Part shown: positions 1 to 20,579 of the stretch, one piece after another
Position numbering within the stretch: the first letter of the stretch is position 1
Layout of the letters: every line of letters begins with the position of its first letter
Assembly (NCBI GenBank): GCA_034780895.1
Contig: JAUZTB010000127.1
Span: 35,249,869-35,313,868 of the forward strand
DNA length: 64,000 nucleotides
Reading direction: 5' to 3'
DNA from: Rhynchobatus australiae
Taxonomy: Eukaryota
The notes under the pieces: model-generated
The model's database searches: none
Seen by the model: the letters and a program-made list of their open reading frames with translations, nothing else
What the model was told of the DNA's origin: nothing
Position numbers and translations under genes: made by a program

Positions 1-249
1 AGGGTTTTCAATAAGAAAGATTAACTTTGTTTTTCTCTCCGCAGATGCTGCCTGACCTGCTGTGTATTTCCATCATTTTCTGTTTCTATTGCAGATTTCC
101 AGCATCTGTTGTTTTGTTTTGAGTTTCATGGACCATGACCTCTAGATTCTCACTCTTCCCTTCCAAACTGTTCTGTAGTCACTCAGTGAAATCTTTGGGC
201 CTGGAACAAAGAAGGAAACATACCAACATGGAATGATATCTCTGATGGA

Positions 250-700
250 AAAGTGTCTAACTCTCCCCTAACTATAGCGTCCTTGACAACTATTGCTCTC
301 TTCACCTTTCTCCTCCCTCCTAAACACCTGAGCCAGCCACAGTGCTATGGTCTTGGCTGTAGTTGCATTCTCCAGGAGAAACCTGTCTTCATTGGGACTG
401 GAATTGGATATGGGTTACTGAACATGATGCCCTCAGGGGTCTCCTGACATATCTGCTTGTTCAGACCATCTCCTCGTGCATTGTCCTGAAACATGCTATC
501 CATAAAACACCCAGGCTCACAGATGGACTGCAGTGATACTGTGTCCTGCTCAACCTCCAAGACCTGGAGCTGAAGCTCCTCCAGGTAATAACTCTTCCTG
601 CACCTTTTTTTAGTCCAGCATACCTGGACCTGGAGATCCCCTGGGCATGGGACATATATATTCAATGGGCCTGAGGTGCTCTGTCATGCCTCTATTTAAT
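250..700 (-). mobile_element. CR1 LINE ORF1 fragment
   Basis: ORF 345-665 (LEELQLQVLEVEQD...FMDSMFQD...SNPY) resembles the CR1 ORF1 coiled-coil region, followed by a decayed esterase start (D-x-IVRG). Confidence 0.6.
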
Positions 701-1249
701 TGGTGAAATTACTAAGAAGAAACTAAAACAGAACTTCCCCTGCGCACTTCACCTAATTGCTCACTCACCAAAATCCTGAGTTCCATACTCTGAAGGTTCT
801 GCACTGGCCTCCCGCACTTCTTACTCCGTATGTTGGGGAAACCATCCAGTGTTTATTCTGGCTGAACTTCCAAAGACCAGAGTCATCCCCCACTAACAGT
901 AATTAGCTGGCAACCAGTTCTCACCAGCAACCTTTAATTATGCAACTGCCAGTAGCAGGAACCTTGTTTACCACACACTAAAAAAGTGAAAGAAAGTCCA
1001 ACATTAATTGCTAAACATTAGCTGCAAAACCTAACAGAAATTTAGGAAGAGATCAGCCCTCTAACATCTTTCAAGTTCCCTGCACTCATCAAACTCATGA
1101 GTTTTGTTCTCTGCAGTTGCAGCGCTCTGTAGTACTGGACTCTACCACTCTTACTGCCTGGAAACATCAGTGGTTATGTACTGCCTCTGGAAGAATGCCA
1201 CCAACTTAGTATTTCGTGTTACTGACTAGGGATGGACCAGTGATAGAAA

Positions 1250-2140
1250 CTGTCTGATCCTGCGCACCTCTCAGCCTTTTGTGCTGTTACTTTCTTCATC
1301 TCTGTTATGCTGTTATTCTGCTAGTTTAGTTTTGATGATTTGCTGTCCCAGATGGATGAAGGATGGAGAGATGCCATTCTTTTCCTCCAATGTACAAATG
1401 CAAATGTTCAATATCCAATGCATTTCTAACATCACCCAATATGTTTTCAAGTTTTCACTTTGTTCTTAACCACACTATCTTTCTCCAATATAACTGCAAA
1501 ATATTTTTGTGTTCAATTTGATATCCCTTCCAAACTTCGTTTCATGCTTTTTTTGTAGCTCTTACTGTTTGTTTCATAAATTTTTGCTGTTCATCGCCTT
1601 TTTCTCAGTTGCCTGGATCCATACTGGTTTCTTGCTTTTTTTCAATGTCTTTTCTGTTACTTATATACTAAGCCTTATCTTCATTTACCCATGGCTATGT
1701 TTTCATTGGAGGATGCAAGGGGATGCAATTAGAGCTCCTGCTAGTGCAAACAATTTCTGTATCACATAAAGTTACTGTTGAATGCTTTCAACTGATTATT
1801 TTACTGTTACCCATGAATTGAATAGTCCAGTTTACTGTGGACAGTCTCTGTTTTTTAGTCTCATGCAAAGCAGCTTTAGCAAAACTTAGAATCTTCTTGC
1901 TGTTTTGCATTTATCCCTTCCAAGTATTACACTAAACTCGATCACATCATGGTCACGACTACAAAAATGTTCACAGACTGTTATGTTGTTGACTAAACCT
2001 GGCTCATCACTCATTTCTAAATATAATATGATCTGCTCCATTGTTGATTCTAAGATGTGTTGTAGAAGACTCCCTTGAACACATGCCAGAGATTTACAAT
2101 CTTTCATCCTGATTTATATGAAAGTTAAACTCCCCCATTA
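1250..2140 (-). mobile_element. Decayed CR1 ORF2 endonuclease/linker fragment
   Basis: EPGLVNNITVCEHF..DHDVIEFSV matches the SDH-type C-terminal motif of the LINE APE endonuclease. Confidence 0.6.
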
Positions 2141-2309
2141 AAAACACTTAACGTTTGCCACAGATTTGACTAATTTCTTCATCTGTCACATAATAACTTC
2201 TGCTAAAAGGCCAATACACAATTCTCACTATGGACTTTTTTTAAAAAATCAGTCCGTAAAATTTTCCACTGCCTACTAATCTTTCATTATATCCTCTCTT
2301 TTTATTATA

Positions 2310-2590
2310 AGAAAATATTTTATTCATAATATATACAAGAAATACAAATAGTACACCCTTTCCCTACATTCATTGTGCCACCAGTTCAGTACATTGTCTT
2401 ACAATGCAAAAATGTCACTCGTGTTTTCTCCTTAAAAAATACACCCATGTGTGTTTGAGAGGTTGTTATGCAAGGGCCCACTTCCTCAGTGTCCAGTGGT
2501 AGGACCCAAAACTGTGGTCCTTTCCCACAGAGTCTTCACGGTGGCTGTACTGAGCTCCTGTGTATCCCTCAACATGAACCCCTGGCAAAC
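2310..2590 (-). mobile_element. L1/Tx1-like LINE 3' end
   Basis: Minus-strand QGFMLRDTQELSTATVKTLW resembles Tx1-clade ORF2 C-termini; followed by AATAAA near 2318. Confidence 0.45.
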
Positions 2591-3104
2591 CTACCATCTC
2601 TGGAACCATTCTATTGGATACTTCTCACTCTCTACTATTTCTCCGTCTTATAAGCTGGTCTATTTGTTCCCCAGTGCCAAATTTCTTGTGGCCATATCTT
2701 AGTAATGGTTACCATATTATGCCAGGCAAGCCAAGATGAATTTGTTTCTGCTGTTCATGTAAATGTTTTGTACTCCCTGCATTTGTATCAAGCACTAGTA
2801 TTCTTGCCATATACTTTAAAGTATCCTTCTGTACAAATGTTTCACTCATATTTTTCTTGTAACCGTACTGGTTTAATTATAACTTGTTTTCCCTTGATTA
2901 TTAGTCCTCTAAATATTTTCTCTTAAATTAATCTATTCTATGATTCTATGACTCTACACTCTTCATTGTGTTTATTTAAGAACTATTATTTAATCTATCT
3001 TTTTTCCTTGGCTCAACACAACCTCAAACCTCNNNNNNNNNCACCCAGTTTTCAAGTTTAAGGTCCTTGTGAACTCACCATGGCTGTGAAATTCATCTAA
3101 GCCA

Positions 3105-3770
3105 TAAACAGAGTCATCGAGTAATATAGCACAGAAACAGGCTGAACTCCTCTATGCTGACCAAGTTGCCCACCTAAGCTAGTCCCATTTGCCCACATTT
3201 GGTCCATATCTCTCTAAACCCCTCCAATCTATGCACTTATCCAAATGTCCTTTAAATGTTATTATTGTACCTGCCTCATCTACTTTGTTTGGCAGCTTGT
3301 TCCATATATACATCACCCTCTATATTAAGAAGTTGCCCTAGGCCTCTTTTGAGTCTTTCCCCTCTCACCTTAAACCTCTGCCCTCTAGTTTTTGATTCCC
3401 TTTCCCTGGGAAAAAGACTGTGTGCATTCACTGTTATCTATGGCCCTCAATATTTTATACGCCTCTATAAGGTTACCCCTCAGTCTCCTACGCTCCAAGG
3501 AATGAAGTCCTAGCCTGCCCACCCTCTCCCTATAACTCAGGCCCTCAAGTCCTGACAACGTTCTTGTAAATCTTCTTTGCATTCTTTCCAGCTTAATGAT
3601 ATCCTTCCTATAACAGGGTGACCAAAACTGTAGCCTATACTCCAGTTGTGGCTTCACCAATGTTTTGTACAACTGCAACATCTCAGCTTCTATACTCAGT
3701 GCCTTGACTGATGAAGGCCAGTGTAACAAACGCCTTCGTCACCACCCTGTCTACCTGTGATGCTACTTTC
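3105..3770 (-). mobile_element. CR1 (HER1-like) LINE 3' end
   Basis: ORF 3385-3729 LQLYKTLVKPQLEY..QFWSP.YRKDIIKLERMQRRFTR...ERRRLRGNLIEAYKI is the CR1 RT C-terminus, plus a typical 3' tail. Confidence 0.92.
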
Positions 3771-4468
3771 AACGTATTTTTGGGTGAGTTAATGTCGGCT
3801 GTTAATAAGGTATGGAATTTTTGGTGCGAGAATTCAGTGTACCAGAGCACTGTTTCTTCAGCGTGCAGAGCTGCCAAATGATGTCAACATTTGTGCAATA
3901 CCCAACATTGTTTCTGCCGACGTTTTTAAAGGATGCAGTTCTAGTCTGAGAGCCCTGCATCCTTCTGCTGATGATTGGCATGGAGCACCCCAGGGTCCTG
4001 ACTTTCAGTCTTTGATTGAGATCGTTTGAACCTTATAGCCAATCAATAGTTGTGGCATTTCCTTCCTTTTCATTGCACTCAGGGACACAAACGCATGCTG
4101 TCAGTATCCTGTCAATCATTTGGATTCTCTCAGCCTTTAATGGGGTTTGCAGCGAGTTCAGTGTTTAGCGGGTCGAATCACTTTAGAATATGCACAACTA
4201 TAAATGAGACAGTTAATGGGTTTAGTATTTTTTGTTCACAAAGTGAGTCATGTTTTTATGAAGGTGAATAGAAGCCTTTTGATGCTAATTTAATCATATT
4301 AAAAATATGATTGAGCAGACCACGCTCCCATGCCCTTATTCTTTCAACTCTGAGTGCTGAACAGCCTGTCACCTTGGTAACCAATAGCTTTGTGGATCCA
4401 TTTGGTGCTGTACTCTGCAATATTTAGTCCATTTCCTCAGCAACTATTTGTACCTGGGAGACGTGCGC

Positions 4469-4745
4469 TGTGGCACAGTGGTTAGCATTGCTACCTCACA
4501 GCTCCAGGGACCTGGGTTCAATTCTGACCTCCGGTGCTGCTTGTGTGGCATTTGCGTGCTCACCCTGTTACTGTGTGGGTTTTCCCCAGATCATCCGGTT
4601 TCCTTTCATATTCCAAAGATGTGCTGGGCAGGTTAACTGGCTACTACAAATTACTGCTTCGGGTAGGGTAACTGGTAAAAGAATCAAAGGAGAGTTAGTG
4701 GGCATGTGGGAGAGAATAAATGTTGCAGAAAAGTATCACATGGAC
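4469..4745 (+). mobile_element. tRNA-derived SINE (HE1/V-SINE-like)
   Basis: GGCACAGTGGTTAGCATTGCTACCTCACAGCTCCAGGGACCTGGGTTCAATTC A/B-box head, plus the V-domain-like GGGTTTTCCCC...GGTTTCCT. Confidence 0.85.
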
Positions 4746-5739
4746 TCCGCAGGCATCTGCTTCGGAAATCTTTATTGTAGCATGATATCATGGAGAGCTC
4801 AGACTCCTAAAAGCGGAGGTCCGTAGCTCTGCCCGACCAAGAGATTACAACCTTTATTTATATTACAAGAGTATGTGACTACAAGCATCCAAGCACAATT
4901 GGCAGAAGTAAATAGTAGAACCAAATGGCCGCAGTGGCCAACCATAGTTTTGGTCTCAGCCCAGCACTCTTGAGGAACAAGGTATAATTAGATTGCCGCG
5001 TCTTGCATGGCAGACAAGATGCAGGATCTCACCATATCGAAAGACGTCATCATATATGGATAGCCCTTAGTTATCGGCAGAACATTAGTTACCCAGAAGA
5101 ACATTCTCAATTATCCTTCACATTTCTCCCACAATAACTTGCAGGCCAGCAGAGGGATAAAGACAGGAGGAATGGCTCTGCATGGACAGCTCTGCTGGTC
5201 TCCTTCACTATCGTAGTAAATAAGTAAAATGGTCCAAGGGTTCCTACAGAGGGAGGGATGCACTTAAAAAGACATCTGTGCACTCTCAAACTTGAGCTGA
5301 CCTATTTATGCTGGAAGGGGTGGCACCCAGCAATCAGCAAGGTTTGTCCAGAGTTTGTGTTAACAGTTCCAGGGCTACCTTCTGGCTTCACTGTAAACGT
5401 TTGTCTCCCCGTCTCTGCTGCGCTAACAAGACAGGGATATTGTGGAGAATCCTGTGAGGTTGATGGAAAAGGATACAATTCTGCAACACAAACATTCTGT
5501 TGGCCAGCACTTTAACTCGGGTATCAGCTAGCAGCTGTTGAATAGAAAGGCTTCAAAACATTGACCACACTTAAGTGCTTGTGTACTTGAAGCAGTCACT
5601 ACAATGTGCAGATAGCTCCAACACTGTCACACCATGGGCAGCCCAATGATTGGTTTCAGATGACACAAAGTCTCTGCCCAAAGAAGGTTCACTTTTCCAG
5701 TGCTGAGAGATCAAGCCTGGTGTGCTGTTGAGGGATGTT

Positions 5740-6434
5740 CACCTGAATATTACTCAGAGATACGTGCCAGGAATATTATTGAGAGCATTGCACAAGGGGT
5801 ATTAACCAGAGCAGCATGTTACAGGTATTACTGAGAGTAGCACACTGGGAGTATTACCAGCAGCAGTACACTGGGCATGTTGCAGACATTGACATATCAG
5901 GGTATTACTCAGAGCAGAACCCTAGGGGTCTTACTGTGAGCAACTTACCGGGGGTTCTATTGAGGGCAGCACAGTAGGGCGTTACTGAGCAACTTTGTGG
6001 GGTTATTAAGGGGATTGGAACATAGGGCGTACTAATGAGAGTTATATTTTGGGAGCATTACTGAGATCAGAACGGACATTATTATTGAGAGCAGTTCACT
6101 CAGGGTATTTCTGAGGGCAGAATGCAGGGGCTGTTACTGAGAGCAGCACACTGGGGTATTTCTGAGACCAGCACACAGGGGCTGTTATTGAGAGCAGCAC
6201 ACTGGGTACTAATGCTGAGAGAATACTGGAGGTATTGCTGGAAGCAGCACACAGGGGTAGTAGCATGAGCAGTACAGCAGGGGTATTACTGGGAGCAGCA
6301 TATGGACAGTATAACTTTAATGCAGCAGACAGGGTATTATATTGATTGGCATATGGGAGTATTACTGAGAACAGCACACTGGGGGTATAACAGAGAGAAG
6401 CGCACCAGGGACATGACAGGGAGTAGCATACCAG
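5740..6434. repeat. Degenerate minisatellite, ~25-26 bp unit (GGGGTATTACTGAGAGCAGCACACT)
   Basis: More than 20 diverged tandem copies running into an N gap; related units reappear at ~8330-8512 and ~8850-8925. Confidence 0.85.
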
Positions 6435-6799
6435 NNNNNNNNNNNNNNNNNNNNNNNNNNNNNNNNNNNNNNNNNNNNNNNNNNNNNNNNNNNNNNNNNN
6501 NNNNNNNNNNNTGATTGCATTGTATACAGATCGTGTGCTTTATTGAATAAGGGACTGATTTCATTTTAAATTTATTGGTTTAATTTAATTCTCCTAACCT
6601 TGTTGTTTTAAATTAACGTCATTGGATAGTCAGCTAGAACTGGTTAACTGAAGTCTGGTGACTCATTCTTCTACCTGGGAATACAAATCTGTAGTCTTTA
6701 AACAGCATTGCGAGGTTGCAGCACGCGTGGAGTGTGGACTTTAGGAGAGGCTATTGTAGTGGTGTCAGAATTAAATAAACTGATCAAATTCAATAAATA

Positions 6800-8290
6800 T
6801 TTTAGTGCGGACAAAGCAGTGCAGATGATGTGTGTGCAGCTGCAGTGTGTGTAGAGGTTGATGGAAACCATTAGGATCCATGGTGATCACATCTGCATAA
6901 GTGGCTGAGACTCAAGGAGCGTCAGCTTGGTAGATGAGAGTTCTTTTCCAAGGTTTAGTCATTGCAGTGCATGAGGGGGATTACCCAAACACTTTGTTCC
7001 ATGAGGCTGCCACAACCATTAGATTAAATACCCAGATTCAGACAGTGAAGTACAACAGGAGATTATGACTCAGAATGAGGCAGGCGATTCAGAAGGAAAA
7101 ATTGCAGGAGCCTCAGCCCTTGCACTTGTTTGACAGGTGCGAGGTTGACGAAAGCAGCATGAATGAACATAGTGACCAAATTACTGTGGTACAGGGGTCA
7201 TTCGAATTGGGGAAGTGAGAATGAAAATGGTGGTGATAGGGGACAGTATATTTAGGGGATAGACACTGTTCTCTGCAGGCTGTGTTGCCCACTCCACGTC
7301 ATAGTTAAGGACATCTCTGAGTGGCTGGAGAGCAACCGAGAGTAGGAGGGTAAAAATCCAATTGTCACGGTCAATGTGGGAACCAATAATATCGATAGGA
7401 TAAAGGAGATTTTGTTGAAGGAATATGTGCAGCTAGGGTCCAAATTTTAAAAAATGCACAACCAAGTTAATAATCACAGGATTACTACCACATGCAAATT
7501 AGCACTGGTTATGATAATTAATGATTGGTTCATAGGTTGGTGTGGGAGGGAACAATCTCAAATGTACTGAAGAAAGGGAGTGATGTTCCATTGGGACTTG
7601 ACGACCAGCATCCCATCAAATCAAGTAGGGATGTACTCAAGGCTTGAAACTAAGTGGGGTGAAGATAGGGGTTGTTTTAGATCTTGTGTTTTGTCATGAG
7701 AAAGGCCAGGTGGTGAGACACTGGGTAGTACTGATATTCAAAGAGACCCGAGTATGCTTGTAAACTGTTTCCCAAAGACCAACATGCATACGGTGATACA
7801 CAGAAAGGTGGTTGTGTTCAAAGATGCCTGGGTGACTTTGTACATTGATTACAGAATTTTAGTTTGTAATTGGGAAGGCAATTGTTTTACTTGGCATTTA
7901 TTGAAAAGGAATGATTACTAGAGGGATCCTTGCTTCAATTATTTCAAGCCCTAATGAGATCACACCTGGGATAGTGTGTAGAGATCAGGTCTCTCTACCC
8001 GAGGAAGAACATACTACACAATGACAGTTCACCAGTTGTTTCCTGAGACAGTGGGTTTGTTGTCCAAGGACAGATGAAGCAATTTACACCATTATTCTCT
8101 ACAGTTTAGAAAAATGAGAGGTGATGTCACTGACAGGCCAGATAGAGTTGATGTCACCCTAATAGAGGTGCCTAGATATAACAGTTGATGTCTCAAAATA
8201 AGGCTAGCCATTCAGTGTAGGACATGAGAAATTACTTCTGCCAGAGGGTGATTAATCTTTGAATTGAACTTAGGTTGCTGGAGTTGTGAG
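6800..8290 (+). mobile_element. Internally deleted CR1 element (ORF1 zinc-finger/esterase remnants plus ORF2 3' end)
   Basis: VVIGDSIFRGIDT (~7228) and VNVGTNNI (~7370) are SGNH-esterase blocks of CR1 ORF1; RT C-terminal remnants lie at 7820-8280. Confidence 0.75.
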
Positions 8291-8506
8291 GCAGCAGCTC
8301 ATTATGTTACTCTATTTCTTACATGGGTACCACCAGAGAAATTACAGACAGCCCTTCACAAAGCACATTACTGGGAGGTGTTCACTTAAGGGTATTCTTG
8401 AGGGACACAGGCCCCAGTTATCAATGAGAGAAGTCACTCAGGTACTACTAAGGGACCCAGACCCAGGATATTATTGAGGGAGAAGAGCATAGAATGTTAT
8501 TGAGAG

Positions 8507-8780
8507 CAGCACAGTGGCACAGCTGCTGCCTCACAGGTTCAGTAACCTGTGTTCAATCCATACCTCCAGTGGTATCTGTGGAGGTTTCATGTTCTCCCCT
8601 GTGACTGTGTGGGTTTCCTTTGGCTGCTCCAGTTTACTCCCATAACCTTGCTGTGTAGTTGATTAGTGAGCATTTTGGGGATGTTAGTGGGAGTGTGGGT
8701 AGAATAACATAGGTGCACGATGGCTAGCATGAACTCAGTGGGCTAAAGGGTCTGTTTCTGTGCTGTATTCCTCAATGACA
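8507..8780 (+). mobile_element. tRNA-derived SINE (HE1-like)
   Basis: Same head as the 4469 copy and a CR1-like tail GGGCTAAAGGGTCTGTTTCTGTGCTGTA. Confidence 0.8.
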
Positions 8781-10931
8781 GGCCTGGCATTTTGTTGTAG
8801 CAAAGCTGAATAGTGCAGAGCTGGGGTTTAAAACTGAGGGACATCAGCTCAGAATATTAACGAGATACTTAGAACCCAGATGTCATTAAGGACACTACCC
8901 AGGTATAAAGATTTTACTGAAGTATACTAAAACTCAATTTTATGTATTTCAAAAATACAGGTTGAAAATATTAGATTTATCTGCATGTGTAGGAGTGGAC
9001 TCAAATATTCAGAGTTTGGGATGCGGCAGATCCTTTTGGGGTGGGGTGTCTGCAAAAGAAAATGAAAAAAAGCAAGCAGATTGACGGTGTATAAACACTG
9101 ACATCTTAAGGCTGATGAATGATAGAAATGGACAAGGCTGGCAGCTGAAACAGGAGAGCAAGACCCACACCAGAATGCAAAATAAGACATTACAGAAGCT
9201 GGGGGAGAAAGCAAAACAGAAAATGCTGGAAATATACAAAATGGTGAAGCCACATCTGTGGAAAGAGAAACAGAGTTAACATTTCTTGTCAATGATGTGT
9301 GTTGTTTTGACCCAGAGAAGCTATTTAACTACATAATCACCCTCCCATGCATGAAGTGCTGTAGTTGCTAGGATACAGTNNNAACATTTACTTATTTTGT
9401 CCAAGGTCACTTGATGTGGAATTGCTAGTGCACATCAGGCCTTACAACCAAGGCTACAGTTCAATCCTGACCTCAATGGAGGCTCATTTTCATGCACTTA
9501 TGGCAGTAGTCAGAATCTGACTTTTGGCCACAACCTGTTCTGGCACTTGTATCACTTTGCATTACTTAGTTGCAAATTATTATCAATACCATTAACTAAC
9601 TGCACCAGTCCTGGCAGAACAGCCTTCAACACTTCGCTACCTCAAGGAGAGAGCATGTTCAATCAGCCCATACAGTAAGTGAAGGCCCCCAGAACCTTAG
9701 ATTTTGTTTCTGTCACTGACATGCTATCTCAAGTCTTTCTTTCAAAAAAAAAAGTTTATTCTGATTTCTTTAGCAAGGGCCACACTAATTTGTTTTCACC
9801 TATTTTCAGATTTGCAAACTCTTGACCTCTCAGCCACTGAATTGACTGCTTTCATTTATATCTTTCATACATTTTCAAAATATAGCCCTGTTAACTATGA
9901 AAGATCAATCAGAAAAAAGGCCACAGCATCAAAATGACAACATTTTGATATCACTACTCTGGCCTAAGACGCATTCATCTCATTTGATCATCTATAATCT
10001 GTTATAAAACCACAACTGCCTCCCTCTGGTTATGTGCTATTAACCAGAAACATAACACTGCTGCACGTCTCTCAAGCATCCTTGTCCCCTTTACGTCAGG
10101 GAGCAAAATTGTAGACGAGGGAAAAGGAGTTGATCTTTCCCATGACACTGCAATAAACTCCAGAACTTTTACTCTGCACAGAGGATTATTTGATAAATTT
10201 TTGAATAACCCGTTTCTTTTTCAGTGTGACTAGTGACATTGCTAATTGGTAATGAATCAATCACAATGACCACAAACACTAACCTGCCCCTGCAAGATTT
10301 AGGGCTGGTGTTTGGCATTGTCAAAAGTAGTTTCAAAATCTCTGGTATCTTGCAGTTTAAACTTAAACAATCCATAAATGAACAAATGCATGTAGTTTAA
10401 AAGCAACTTCTATTGGCCCAAACCCAATTTTCTTCTACCCATTTGATCATGTACCAAGCTTCAATTTTCCCCAAAATCTTTTGTGATGGGAGGTGGTTAT
10501 TTTTAAATGATTTTATGACACTACCATACCACCAAATCCATTAGTCATCAGATTCCAAATTAAAAAAAACAACCTACTTTTGTCACTATAACCACGAGCT
10601 GAGACTCCATGCTGGAATCAGTTTCTCCAGAAGTGCTCCCTTGAATGCAAATATTCACTGAAGCTGCTGTCAGATGAGAAGGCAAGGTACTAAAATGTAG
10701 GAGGTCAAACACACCAACGTTTGATCCAAAGCTATAAATTGAGAAGCAGCAATCACATGCAAAGCACATTCCCATGTCATAGTTTCAGGGAAATCTACAG
10801 ATAGTCATTCCCTCTGCAAAAAGCAGTTCTGATTGGAGCAATCATGCTCAACTCAGCAGGTCACTTAAGGAAGGCAGTGTGGCCCAAGAAAGTAACCAGC
10901 AGAAACATCAAGAATGTTTTTGTACAAATCC

Positions 10932-11215
10932 TTTATTACCCTTTATAGACTTAGGGACAGAAGACTGTGCAAACAATGATAATATTTCACAGCCTATGAA
11001 GGAGAGCCCAGCCCATTTCCTAGTGGAGTCACATGACTCCCAAATAAAGACTCCATATCTGTATCAGAGCCATGCACAATATTTTGTTTTCTTTAAATGC
11101 AGATGGACAGCAATGGTATTACCATCCAGAATTGTGCATTTTGGAAATATAAAAGTTTCAGCATTTTACAGCACTTGGAATATCAGTTTACTCCTTATTA
11201 AAATAAGTGTTTATT
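10932..11215 (-). terminator. Candidate UBE2I polyadenylation signals (AATAAA at 11210-11215 and 10932-10937)
   Basis: Plus-strand TTTATT about 300 and 580 nt downstream of the stop, in AU-rich 3'UTR-like sequence. Confidence 0.55.
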
Positions 11216-11512
11216 TCTTTATAATTCAACCATTAAAAATACAAATTGATGGGGAGACCCCAAAACTGGTTTGGATCAAGCAGAGTCAGCAAGTACCTGG
11301 CTTGAAGTGACCAATGCTCATTTCTGCAGCAGGTGCCAATGACAAAAAGCAAATAGAAAACCAGGTTTGGAGGAAGGGGAAAACAAACTGTCAGTCTTCA
11401 GATGGTTCCTGGTGGAAAGAACACAGTGGGACTTTATAAAACAAAAGTCCACTTTAAAACATGGTCACTTCCCTAAAGTGTCCTCTCCATTGCACAATCC
11501 ACTCTGGCACAT

Positions 11513-19474
<7,962 letters not shown>

Positions 19475-19489
19475 TTATGTAACGGTACA

Positions 19490-20579
19490 TTAAAACAATC
19501 TTTCAATCCCAACGACCCCCCCCCCGCCGCCCCAATGCTCCCCCTTAAATCTTCCCCCATACTCCAACGTGCACAAAAGCTGTGGATAATCAGGGAACTC
19601 GGGCAGGTTGTCACGGTAAATGAGAAGCAGTAGGCCATTGCAATAGCTCTTACTGGGCGGAAGGGAAGACAGTTCCAGTGTTCGTGGAGCTACAGGCCGG
19701 ACTGGATCACACTGAACAGGCTGGAAGGGGGGAAAAAGATATCCTAAAGCCCCTGAAAATCCTCGACAGCCGTTCGCCAGCAGCTGACCATCACGGCCAC
19801 GGGACCGGTGGCAGAGGGAGCAATCCCAGCTACTGGCGATGCACCCCACTGCCGAATATCCCGCAGGAAGTCGCGCCCTCTGGTCGCAGACAATCCGTTC
19901 GGTACTGACGACTCGGCAAGACTCCGGGCCGGGGGAAGAGGCCACCAACGTCCAGCGCACCTCGCCCTGGAGACGGAGCGGCCATTCAACGAGCAGCCGA
20001 GGCCTCAGACCCAGCCGCGCAAACCATGACACCGAGGCCCGAGTCCAGACCGGGGTGAGGGGGTGGGAGATGTGAACCCAGAAGGTCCCACGTCCTCTCC
20101 ACCACCGCCTCTCGCTAACCCGGACCCCCGCCTCCCCTCACTCGCACGGCTCCCTCCCGGGCCGCCGCCGGAAGCCCAGGCCGGGAGCGCCACCCTCACA
20201 CACACGGGCCTGAGCCCGGTCCCGGCTCACAGCCGAAGCCCCTGACCGCACAGCCCCCCCACTCCTCACCTGCCGCCGATGCCCCTGCTCCTCCTCCACT
20301 CTTCCCCCGCACCGGTAGGAGCCCGGCCTCCCTGCACCGCGATAACCGCCCGCAACGCGCCGGGGCAACTTCCGCTCCTTGTGACCTTTAAACCAACACC
20401 GTGACCTTTGACCGTTCCAAATTTCCCCCCCCCCCGTCCAAAGCCACCCACTGGGATCTTGCTGTGCCGAAAGTGCCTTCCCTACGTAATCGTTGGCGAC
20501 AGAGACCCCGCCTGGTCTGCACCGCCCCATCCCATGGCCCCGCCCAGAGCCGCTCCCCTGCCTCCAAACCCGAACCCCC
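19490..20579. promoter_or_regulatory. CpG island / UBE2I promoter
   Basis: Abrupt GC- and CpG-rich stretch in CpG-depleted surroundings. It has GC boxes (CCGCCC ~20522, ~20540), an ETS site and a DR1-like TGACCTTTGACC at 20402-20413, and runs into a 946-N gap. Confidence 0.85.
20270..20375 (-). other. UBE2I: Putative non-coding exon 1 of UBE2I
   Basis: Strong donor GGCAG|GTGAGG at 20269 inside the CpG island. An ETS-type GCGGAAGT at 20368-20375 is typical of housekeeping start sites. The exon start is approximate. Confidence 0.65.

Noticed and set aside
4469-4530. tRNA-like A/B boxes (also ~8510 and ~43375)
   Set aside because: These are SINE heads with no cloverleaf, and they continue into SINE body sequence.
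6096-6377. 93-aa ORF with repeated AAPSNTP/SVLLS motifs
   Set aside because: Translation of the minisatellite; no splice or domain support.
5740-6434. CRISPR-like appearance of regularly spaced repeats
   Set aside because: Units are contiguous and degenerate with no unique spacers, there are no cas genes, and the context is vertebrate. It is a minisatellite.
10879-11310. 143-aa plus-strand ORF
   Set aside because: Antisense to the UBE2I 3'UTR, non-ATG start, no recognisable motif.
19490-20451. Overlapping 60-180 aa ORFs on both strands in the CpG island
   Set aside because: Stop-poor GC-rich DNA with no recognisable domain; explained by the UBE2I promoter and intron 1.
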